DNA of 64,000 bases from Candidatus Micrarchaeota archaeon (GTDB lineage Archaea > Micrarchaeota > Micrarchaeia > Anstonellales > Bilamarchaeaceae). The notes beneath the pieces are model-generated. The model did no database searches. It saw nothing but the letters and a program-made list of their open reading frames with translations, and was not told the DNA's origin. Where the stretch lies: NCBI GenBank assembly GCA_040753215.1, contig JBFMEZ010000025.1:32001-96000 (forward strand), given 5' to 3'. A program made the translations under genes and the position numbers. Positions within the stretch are counted from its first letter, which is position 1. Each line of letters opens with the position of its first letter. Positions 1 to 7,750 of the stretch are shown here, piece by piece.

Positions 1-268
1 CGAAGGGGCCGCGGAAGCCGAGGACGTCCCCTTCCCGCACTTTCATCACGGCGCCGGAGAAATGGCCTGCGCTGGCTATGCTCAGGCCGAACCTTTCTTC
101 ATCGCGATAGGAGATGCTGATGGGCTTCTCTCCGGTTCCGGGGAGCCAGAGCATAACGAACTGGCCTGGCTTCGCATCCAGCGCATAATCGAAATAGAGG
201 GTTTTGACATAGGGGTTCTCCTGCACCGCGCGGGAAACCTTCATCGAAACCATCGGCTCATTTCTCAT
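1..268 (-). CDS. pyrK: Dihydroorotate dehydrogenase electron transfer subunit (runs off window edge)
   Basis: Hand translation from ATG 268: MRNEPMVSMKVSRAVQENPYVKTLYFD...KPGQFVMLWLPGTGEKPISIS...GDVLGFRGPF, an FAD-binding ferredoxin-reductase motif. Overlaps the pyrD stop. Confidence 0.88.
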   Translation of the reverse strand, partial: MRNEPMVSMKVSRAVQENPYVKTLYFDYALDAKPGQFVMLWLPGTGEKPISISYRDEERFGLSIASAGHFSGAVMKVREGDVLGFRGPF

Positions 269-1172
269 GCGCAATACCCCGCATCTCCTTTATGGAGGAG
301 AAACCTTCCTTCTGCATGAATTCCCCTATTTCCGCGCAAACCTTCCTGAAGATGCCCATCCCGCGGTAGTATACGCCGCTCCCGATGCCCACCGCTGAGG
401 CGCCGGCCATTATGAATTCTATGGCATCCGCGCCTGTTGTTGCCCCGCCCGTTCCGATGATGGGGAGCTTCGTTTCCCTGTAAATGTCATAGACGCATCT
501 CACCGCTATGGGCTTTATCGCCGGGCCGGAAACCCCGCCGCACTTGTTGGAGAGGACGGGGCGCCTCGCAACGATGTCTATCTGCATCCCGGGGCCTGCG
601 GTGTTGATTGCGGTTATGCCGTCCGCGCCTGCCGATTTTGCTGCGCGGGCGACTTCAACCAGGTCAGGGGTGTTCGGGGAGAGCTTTACGAATACTGGGA
701 TTTTTGTATTCCTCTTTGCGGCGCGGGTTGCCCATTCCGCGGCAGCAGGGTCGTGGGAGAATGGCTTCCCGAACTCGTCATTCACATTCGGGCAGGATAG
801 GTTTATTTCTATGAGGGCGGGATTCGCCCTGCTTATCTCTTTGGCGAGGGGGCCGAAATTCTCCGCCTTGAATTCTACAAGCGAGGCGATTACGGGGACG
901 CCCGCATTCTTTACGGCGTATTCTATTTCAGGAAGGGAGTCCTTTATGCCCGCGTTGGAAAGGCCAACCGCATTGAGCATCCCCTGTCCGTAAGTAAGGA
1001 TTACCGGGTTGGGATGGCCTTTTCTCGGCTCAAGGGAGATGGATTTGGAAGTGACTGCGCCCGCACCGTTCTTTGCGATTAGGGAAAGGGATGCGCCTGA
1101 GACGCCCATTATTCCTGAAGCGAGGATTGTGGGGTTGGCCAGCTTTACCCCTGCAAGTTCGGTCTCCAGCAT
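258..1172 (-). CDS. pyrD: Dihydroorotate dehydrogenase, family 1B catalytic subunit
   Basis: NPTILASG, EINLSCPN, VKLSPN, GGVSGPAIKP motifs; adjacent to pyrK. Confidence 0.95.
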   Translation of the reverse strand: MLETELAGVKLANPTILASGIMGVSGASLSLIAKNGAGAVTSKSISLEPRKGHPNPVILTYGQGMLNAVGLSNAGIKDSLPEIEYAVKNAGVPVIASLVEFKAENFGPLAKEISRANPALIEINLSCPNVNDEFGKPFSHDPAAAEWATRAAKRNTKIPVFVKLSPNTPDLVEVARAAKSAGADGITAINTAGPGMQIDIVARRPVLSNKCGGVSGPAIKPIAVRCVYDIYRETKLPIIGTGGATTGADAIEFIMAGASAVGIGSGVYYRGMGIFRKVCAEIGEFMQKEGFSSIKEMRGIAHEK

Positions 1173-1253
1173 CAGAAATAATAGGTGGGAATTGTTTATA
1201 TGGATTTGGGAAGGATGAAAATATAGAAGAAAAGCAAAAAAGAAAAATTAGGA

Positions 1254-1288
1254 CGAAACTGGAAACCCAAAACGGGAAACTGGAAACT
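1254..1288. repeat. Heptamer tandem array (GGAAACY family), 5 units
   Basis: CGAAACT GGAAACC CAAAACG GGAAACT GGAAACT, immediately after the thermosome stop. Confidence 0.8.
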
Positions 1289-2940
1289 CAGTACTCGCCC
1301 TCGCCCATCCCGCCTGGGCCTCCTGGAGGCATCGGCGGGCCCTTCGCGCCGCCCTTCGCCGCGATTATGTCGTCTATGCGGAGGATGAGCCGCGCGGTCT
1401 CCGTGGCGGAGCTGAGCGCCTGCTTCTTCACGCGCAGCGGCTCGAGCACGCCGAGTTCCTCCATGTTGTCTATTTTGCCTTTGAGCACCGCAACGCCCGA
1501 GGTCGTCTCCTTGCCGCCCTTGTGCTTGTTCCTGAGGGCGACGAGGGTGTCGATCGCATCCATCCCCGCATTCTCGGAAAGGGCCTTCGGGATGGACTCC
1601 AGGGATTCCGCGAACGCCTGGATTGCGAGCTGCTCCCTTCCCCCGATTTCAACAGCGTAGGACTGAAGGGCAGCGGAAAGGGCCATCTCCGTGCTCCCGC
1701 CGCCGGTAACGTAGGAGCCGTCCTCAATAGTCGCGCCCACCGCGCCGATTGCGTCCTTTATCGCGCGCTCCACCTCGCTCACGACGTGGTCGGTCCCTCC
1801 GCGGAGGAATACGGAGACGGACTTCGGATGCCTGCACTGCTTTGCGAACACCATCGCCTCGCCCGCAATCTTCTTCTCCTCCACGACGCCCGCCTCGCCG
1901 AGGTCTGCCTTGGAAAGGTCCTCGAGGGAGGAGGCGATCTTCGCGCCCGTTGCGCGCGAGAGCTTCTCCATGTCGCTCTTCTTCACGCGCCGAACAGCGG
2001 CGACGCCGTCCTTCGCGAGGTAGTGCTGGGCGAGGTCGTCTATCCCCTTCTGGCAGAAGACCACGGTGGCTCCGGTCGCCTTTATCTTCGCGACCATCTC
2101 CTTCAGCATCTTCTCCTCCTGCTTCAGGAAGGCCTCCATCTGCTCGGGGGAGGTGATTTCTATCTTCGCATCGGTCTCCGTCTTCTCTATCTCCAGCGCG
2201 GTGTCGAGAAGCGCTATCCTGGCGTCCTTAACCAGCTTGGGCATGCCAGCGTGGACAATCTCCTTGTCCACGACCACGCCCTGTATGAGCTCGCTGTCCA
2301 TCACTTCCCCGCCGGCCTTCTTCTCTATCTTGACGAGGTCGCCGTCCACCACGTACTGGCCGTTCTTCTCCTCCGCGACCTGCTTTATCGCGGAAACGAT
2401 GAGGGAGGAGAGCTTCTTCTTCTCCTCTTCGCTCCCTATCCCCTTGGAGCCCATCGCGATTAGCGCTATCCTGGTGAGGATTTCCTCGTCCTCAGGTGTT
2501 ACCTTCCTGCCAAACTTCCTCAGCAGCTCCTCTGCCCTGCGTGCGGCGAGCTCGTACCCCTTTATTATCGTGGTGGGGTGGACGTTCTGGTCCAGGAGGT
2601 CGCCCGCCTGCTTCAGGAGGTTCCCCGCGAGCACGACCGAGGTCGTGGTGCCGTCGCCCACCTCCTTGTCCTGCGTCTTCGCAATCTCCACCATCAGCTT
2701 CGCGGCCGGGTGGTCAACGTTCATCTCCTCGAGGATGGTCGCCCCATCGTTCGTAATCACGATGTCGCCCAGCTCGCTCACGAGCATCTTGTCCATCCCC
2801 TTCGGGCCGAGCGTGGTCTTTATTATGTTCGCCACCGCGTAGCCGATTGCGATGTTCACGCGCATCGCGTCGCGGCCGAGCACACGGGTGCTGCCCTCGC
2901 GCATCACATATCCGCCTTCTCCTCCTACTTCCCTGGCCAT
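1288..2940 (-). CDS. ths: Thermosome (group II chaperonin) subunit
   Basis: TTLGPKGMDKML, TNDGATIL, GDGTTT motifs and a GGPGGM tail. Start taken at ATG 2940. Confidence 0.97.
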   Translation of the reverse strand: MAREVGGEGGYVMREGSTRVLGRDAMRVNIAIGYAVANIIKTTLGPKGMDKMLVSELGDIVITNDGATILEEMNVDHPAAKLMVEIAKTQDKEVGDGTTTSVVLAGNLLKQAGDLLDQNVHPTTIIKGYELAARRAEELLRKFGRKVTPEDEEILTRIALIAMGSKGIGSEEEKKKLSSLIVSAIKQVAEEKNGQYVVDGDLVKIEKKAGGEVMDSELIQGVVVDKEIVHAGMPKLVKDARIALLDTALEIEKTETDAKIEITSPEQMEAFLKQEEKMLKEMVAKIKATGATVVFCQKGIDDLAQHYLAKDGVAAVRRVKKSDMEKLSRATGAKIASSLEDLSKADLGEAGVVEEKKIAGEAMVFAKQCRHPKSVSVFLRGGTDHVVSEVERAIKDAIGAVGATIEDGSYVTGGGSTEMALSAALQSYAVEIGGREQLAIQAFAESLESIPKALSENAGMDAIDTLVALRNKHKGGKETTSGVAVLKGKIDNMEELGVLEPLRVKKQALSSATETARLILRIDDIIAAKGGAKGPPMPPGGPGGMGEGEY

Positions 2941-3017
2941 AGTTTTCACCTTTTTTCAAATCCCAAGAGCATTTACTCTGAAGAAATTGTGAGTAAAATA
3001 GATGTGAAGAAAAAAAT

Positions 3018-3752
3018 TTAAATGGGTGGGTTGGCTACCTCGAAGCCGACCTCCCTTGCGGTCTGGCCGAGAAGCCAGGGCGGCCACCTCACGTTCACTG
3101 TGGCTCCGCTCATGTCAATCACCGCGGTTACCCTGCGGGTCGCGGCGTCCTCCTCCGAGTAGACCCTCTTTGCACCGGCGTAGGCCCGGCCCGGAACATA
3201 ATCCTCCGGCGGCTGGAGCGCATGGTTTGCGTTGTAGGCCTCGAACACCAGGCTGGAAAAATCGCGCTGCTGGTCCGTGAAACCCTCGCTGATGAGGTTA
3301 CCTTCATCATCCCTCTGAGGGCCAAGTGTAAATGATATTGACGAACTTCCCGTACCAGTCTTAACCCGGTTTATTGCCTGCTCCATAATCGCGCCCAACG
3401 AATCCTCGGTCTCGCGCCTCATCCCCCTTGCCCATTCCACAACCCCGCCGACGTCTATGCGGAAGCTCTCCTCTTCCGGGCTTCCCGCCGCAGGGAAGGA
3501 TTCCTCGGGGATTCCATAGCTTATTACGTCCCTGTATATCCTGCCTATTATTTCGGACCTCGCTTCCGGAGTGGTGGCGGCATCAAGCTCGCGGTTGTAT
3601 GCTTCCGCACGCTGCTGCGCAAGCTCCACCGCCTCATCGAACGAAGAGCTTACCGCCCTGGAAACGGCATGGTCAGTTATCCTTACCTCGGCCGCTTCTG
3701 TGGGCGCTTCCTTTGCCTTTACCTGTCCTCTTGCCATGTTCGCACCAGCCAT
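3018..3752 (-). CDS. Hypothetical protein
   Basis: 244-aa ORF in tandem with its neighbours; no recognisable motif. Confidence 0.6.
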   Translation of the reverse strand: MAGANMARGQVKAKEAPTEAAEVRITDHAVSRAVSSSFDEAVELAQQRAEAYNRELDAATTPEARSEIIGRIYRDVISYGIPEESFPAAGSPEEESFRIDVGGVVEWARGMRRETEDSLGAIMEQAINRVKTGTGSSSISFTLGPQRDDEGNLISEGFTDQQRDFSSLVFEAYNANHALQPPEDYVPGRAYAGAKRVYSEEDAATRRVTAVIDMSGATVNVRWPPWLLGQTAREVGFEVANPPI

Positions 3753-3776
3753 ATCTGTTTATGAGTGAATATAAAC

Positions 3777-4730
3777 CTAATCTTCCGGAAGCTGAATCAG
3801 CCCAAGGCTGCTGAAATCGCCCGGCTCGGTCTCAGATGCGAGGAAGCGCCTGCCTCCGGTTATGATTATCGTCTCCATGCCCCTCCGCACCACGGTAAGC
3901 GGCGATTCGACTCCCGGGAGCTCCCGCTCCTGCGTAAGTATTGATTCTGTTCCGAAATCTGCCTTAAGGAAAGTGACTGCGTCCTCTCCGGGCTGGAAGT
4001 GCAGTGCCATGCCGTTTGTGAGCCCGACAAGCACCGCATTCCCGGAGGCGGGCAGCCAGGCCGTGGCGACCGGGGGGTTCATCCGGTCCGTCCTCCTTGC
4101 GCGCACATATCCGTTCCTGTTGATGAAATATAGAATGCCTTCCGTTCCGTCCGCATCCTTTACAACTGCCGAAGAAAGAAGGTTGCCGTTCCGGCAATCT
4201 TCAGGAAGCTGGAATTCCACCGAAGTGCTCGTCCTGAATCCACCATCCATCTTCAGAAGAAACTCCCCGCGGAATGTGGCATCATAGCCTATTGTTATTA
4301 TTACGGAATTTTCAAACACGAGCACGGTCCTTTCTGCGCCGGGGAACTCCTGCAGCAGGGAGCCCATCCCGTCGTGTAGCGGGACTATCGGCCCTGCGGA
4401 GCGGCCCGAGCGGTCTTCGTAATCGATAACGAGCAGCCTCTGGCCGTCTTCGTTTCTCGTGTATCTTATGGAAGTATCCACCGGGCCCTGCGACGGGCCA
4501 AGGCTTATTCCGGTTACGGGCGCCTCCGGCTTGTCCGTATCCGCGGTACGTGGCGGCTTGGATGGGGCGCTTACGCCGCGCGCCTCTGAAATGCCGGGAC
4601 GTGCCAGCTCAAGCGCCGCAAGGGCGGCCGCAGCTGCGAACCTCCCCTGTTTCCTGAACGGCTTCCTCGGAGGGACGTATTTCGGGTCTTTTGCCTTCTC
4701 GGGTTTGCGCTCTTCGGGCCGCCTTTTCAT
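3777..4730 (-). CDS. Hypothetical protein, possibly exported, beta-rich
   Basis: 317-aa ORF with a basic N-terminus, an Ala-rich hydrophobic stretch, then a predicted beta-strand-rich body. Confidence 0.6.
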   Translation of the reverse strand: MKRRPEERKPEKAKDPKYVPPRKPFRKQGRFAAAAALAALELARPGISEARGVSAPSKPPRTADTDKPEAPVTGISLGPSQGPVDTSIRYTRNEDGQRLLVIDYEDRSGRSAGPIVPLHDGMGSLLQEFPGAERTVLVFENSVIITIGYDATFRGEFLLKMDGGFRTSTSVEFQLPEDCRNGNLLSSAVVKDADGTEGILYFINRNGYVRARRTDRMNPPVATAWLPASGNAVLVGLTNGMALHFQPGEDAVTFLKADFGTESILTQERELPGVESPLTVVRRGMETIIITGGRRFLASETEPGDFSSLGLIQLPED

Positions 4731-4761
4731 AGAGTTATACGCATTAAAACAGTTTAAATAA

Positions 4762-5268
4762 CTATTCTTCAGGATTCAGCTTCAGCGCCTCCCCCATCAC
4801 GTGGCCGAAGTAGCCGAGGAAGAAGCCGCAGAGGGAGAGGAAGGAGGCGGCTGGCGGAAGGCGGAGGTAAAGGAGGAGCGCGGAATAAGCGAGCGTGAAG
4901 AGCGCCATCGGGATGAGGCCGTGGAGAGGGGGCTTGAGCGGGCTCATCAGGTCGAAAACGAGGAACAGGGCTGTGAGAAGGAGGAGGGCGTATAGGACGA
5001 GGTTCTCGCAGAACGGGATGATGAGGTACAGGCATATCACGTAGCCCCCGGACCAGGCGAGATAGATTAGGAAGGCGGCGGAGAGGAGCACGAGGACCCT
5101 CAGGTGGCCCCGGTAACCCTTCAGGAGAGAATCGAGGTCCGGGAGGGCTGAGCCGAGGAGTATCCCGACTCCGGCGAGGGCTATCGAATAAGAATCATAT
5201 TTCAGGAAATAAAGGGCGGTGGCGAAGAGCAGGAAGAGCCCGATTGCAAAGACCTGCCTGGGGCGCAT
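4762..5268 (-). CDS. Membrane-bound metal-dependent hydrolase (YdjM/DUF457-like)
   Basis: Highly hydrophobic; GSALPDLD, HGL and GYFGH motifs. Confidence 0.7.
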   Translation of the reverse strand: MRPRQVFAIGLFLLFATALYFLKYDSYSIALAGVGILLGSALPDLDSLLKGYRGHLRVLVLLSAAFLIYLAWSGGYVICLYLIIPFCENLVLYALLLLTALFLVFDLMSPLKPPLHGLIPMALFTLAYSALLLYLRLPPAASFLSLCGFFLGYFGHVMGEALKLNPEE

Positions 5269-5270
5269 AT

Positions 5271-6659
5271 TTACACATTATAGTAGGCCTCGAACTCGTA
5301 GGCGGAGGTGCGGAGGTTGTGCTCCTTCTGCTCGTTCATCTTCTGCTCAAGGTAGTCCTCCAGAAGCTCCGGGGAGAGCACGCCCTTTAGGAAGGCGTTG
5401 TCGGTCTCGAATTCGCTCACCGCCTCCAGCAGGCTGGACGGGAGATAGCCCACTCCCGCGTCCTTCCTCTCCTTCGCGCCCATGGAGGAGATGTCCTTGT
5501 CCACAGGGTCTCCGGGGTCCTTCTTTTTCTTTATGCCGTCAAGGCCCGCGGCTACTACAACGGAGTAGGCAAGGTAGGGATTGACGGACGGGTCCGCGCC
5601 CATGAATGCGACGCACTTGCCGAGCTTGTCGTTCTTCCTCTCGAACGGGATGCGGACCAGCGCCCCGTTGCTCCTCTTGCCCCATGCGATGTAGAGCGGG
5701 TCGCCGAGCAGCTTCTTGTAAGAGTTGGTCGTTGGCGCGGTGAAAAGCGAGAGGGCGGATGCGTGCTCGAGGATTCCGCCTGCGAAATAGCGGCCGTTCT
5801 GGCTGAGCTGCGCGTACGTGTCCGCGGGGTCGTAGAAGACGTTCTCGTCGCCCTTCCAGAAGGACTGCGAGACCCTGAGGGAGCTGCCCCTCTCGGTGTG
5901 TATCGGCAGGGGCATGAATGTGGATGTGCTGTTCGCTATGAAGGCGAGGTTGCGGACCACGTATTTTGCGGTGACCATCGCATCTGCGGCGGTGCGCAGC
6001 GGGTTCGGCTTGAGCGCCAGGGACTGCTGGGAGCTGGGAGCCCTGCCGTGCACGTGGCCCTGCACGAAGAAGCGGAAGTTGTCCTCAAGCACCTCGGACA
6101 CCTGCGTGCGCGCGGAGTAGAGGGAATCGAACGGCTGGCCTATGAACGCGCCGTTCTTCGCGTTCCAGAGCGGGGAGGGGTTCCACGGCGCCTCCCTGGA
6201 ATCTATAAGGTAGTTGGGGCCCCTGCCGGGGGTCATCTTGTCCACGCTCACCGCGTCGAATACGTAGAATTCCATCTCTGTGGCTGCGGATACGTCGGTC
6301 AGCCCCATCGCCCTCGCATTCACCATAACGCGCTCGGCGACGTAGCGGGGGTCCTTGAGGAAGCGCTCCATCTTCGGGGCGACTGCGACGTCGCAGAGGA
6401 AGCGGACTGTGTTCGCCTCCCACGGCACCCTGCCGAAGGTGTCCGGGTCTGGCCTCAGGACGAGCTCGCCGTCCTCGCTGAAGCCGAAGAGCTCCTGCAG
6501 GTTGCCGCACTGCACGCCGGCTGCGAAGGAATCCACGCTGAAATCCCTCGCGTGCACGGTCGCGCGGTTCAGCCTTCCGGTCGTGTCCACGAACTGGAGG
6601 TCTATCCACTTTGTGTTGTTCACGCTTATGAATTCCAGTGCCTCTTCAGGAGTCGGCAT
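5271..6659 (-). CDS. Glutamine synthetase type I homolog with degenerate active site
   Basis: GS fold motifs (DLQFVD, LRPDPDT, DPRYV, EMEFYVFD, TFMP, DPSVNPYLA) present, but most catalytic residues substituted. Start taken at MPTPEE (6659). Confidence 0.85.
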   Translation of the reverse strand: MPTPEEALEFISVNNTKWIDLQFVDTTGRLNRATVHARDFSVDSFAAGVQCGNLQELFGFSEDGELVLRPDPDTFGRVPWEANTVRFLCDVAVAPKMERFLKDPRYVAERVMVNARAMGLTDVSAATEMEFYVFDAVSVDKMTPGRGPNYLIDSREAPWNPSPLWNAKNGAFIGQPFDSLYSARTQVSEVLEDNFRFFVQGHVHGRAPSSQQSLALKPNPLRTAADAMVTAKYVVRNLAFIANSTSTFMPLPIHTERGSSLRVSQSFWKGDENVFYDPADTYAQLSQNGRYFAGGILEHASALSLFTAPTTNSYKKLLGDPLYIAWGKRSNGALVRIPFERKNDKLGKCVAFMGADPSVNPYLAYSVVVAAGLDGIKKKKDPGDPVDKDISSMGAKERKDAGVGYLPSSLLEAVSEFETDNAFLKGVLSPELLEDYLEQKMNEQKEHNLRTSAYEFEAYYNV

Positions 6660-6797
6660 ACATACACCCGCGGAGATACCGAAGAATACATAAATAAAGA
6701 TTTCTATGGCAAATAGCCTAAGCGTATAGCCCTTCAATCATAAATGGGGGGTTATGATTACGCTAAAGAGAAGGGGGAACTCCCCCTTCTTCTTGCT

Positions 6798-6941
6798 GCC
6801 ACGGTAGCTCAGCTGGGAGAGCACTCGAGGTCTTCTGAGATTAATTTCATTTGACCGGTGAAGCTGAAGTTCCGTTCCCGCAATGGGGCGGATATTCTCC
6901 CGGAAACCGAGGGGTCGCTGGTTCAAATCCGGCCCGTGGCA
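6798..6941 (+). tRNA. tRNA-Phe(GAA) with two introns (6828-6862 at 30/31; 6870-6905 at 37/38)
   Basis: Exons 6798-6827, 6863-6869 and 6906-6941 join into a cloverleaf: GCCACGG/CCGTGGC acceptor, GCTC/GAGC D-stem, CTCGG-CTGAAGA-CCGAG anticodon arm, TTCAAAT T-loop. Intron 1 has a strict bulge-helix-bulge. CCA not encoded. Confidence 0.9.
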
Positions 6942-6945
6942 ATTT

Positions 6946-7626
6946 TCATTTTATATAGATTCCTTTTTCTCTCGGGAAATCCACCCTGCGCACAAGGTTC
7001 AGCCCTGGCCTGCGCTCCGAATCGTAGTGCGCATATGCGAGGAGGGCGGCGGCGAGGAATTCCTTCGTGTAGCCGCCGTATGCCATTTTCTTGACCAGCC
7101 CTGCGAAGTCGAGGGAGAACGACTTCCCGCGGAATTCGAATGAGATTTCGCCCTTTTCGTAATCTATGCCGGCGTTGGACGCGCCCAGCTCCTCCAGGCA
7201 TCTTTCGGCATAGCTGCTCATGTAGGGGAAGCTGAGGAGGATGTATGTCCCGAACAGCCCCTTCCTGACCGGGCCGGCGAAGGATTTTGGCAGCCATTTC
7301 CAGGGCGGCTCCTCCGCCTCTTCCTCGTTTTTCATTATGTCCCCGAAATGGAGTATCGTAGCAGGGCCGGATATCTTCCTCCCGGAGAACCTGACCATCT
7401 CCTCGAGCGGCTTCTTCCAGCCCTTTTCGCCTTTCTTTACCGGAGGCATCACGCCGATGTAATATGCGCCCTGCTCTATCTCGGCGAAAACCGGGGCCCT
7501 CTTCTTCAGGGAGAAATTTATTATGTCGATCCACGCGCCGCGGGCGGCCGAGGGGCCGGCGGCCGCATAGTTGCGCGAAAGCGCGCCGCGGGTTATCGAT
7601 TCAGAAACGAAATACCCACTGTCCAT
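6946..7626 (-). CDS. Hypothetical protein
   Basis: Likely start MDSGYF at 7626; the longer ORF-track start would overlap the sRNA and the giant gene. Confidence 0.6.
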   Translation of the reverse strand: MDSGYFVSESITRGALSRNYAAAGPSAARGAWIDIINFSLKKRAPVFAEIEQGAYYIGVMPPVKKGEKGWKKPLEEMVRFSGRKISGPATILHFGDIMKNEEEAEEPPWKWLPKSFAGPVRKGLFGTYILLSFPYMSSYAERCLEELGASNAGIDYEKGEISFEFRGKSFSLDFAGLVKKMAYGGYTKEFLAAALLAYAHYDSERRPGLNLVRRVDFPREKGIYIK

Positions 7627-7676
7627 GCTGGTATTTGGAGGGCAAAGCTTAAATATGAAAAGAGCCGCAATACAAT

Positions 7677-7743
7677 AAATGATGAAATGTACAACCTCTG
7701 AGCCGTGCTTGCACGGCGTTGATGACACCAACAGCGTCTGAAT
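7677..7743 (+). ncRNA. Archaeal C/D-box guide sRNA
   Basis: C box ATGATGA 7679-7685, 12-nt guide, D' CTGA 7698-7701, hairpin 7702-7717, C' TTGATGA 7719-7725, 12-nt guide, D CTGA 7738-7741. TATA-like CTTAAATA about 25 bp upstream; intergenic. Confidence 0.85.
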
Positions 7744-7750
7744 CGTAATT

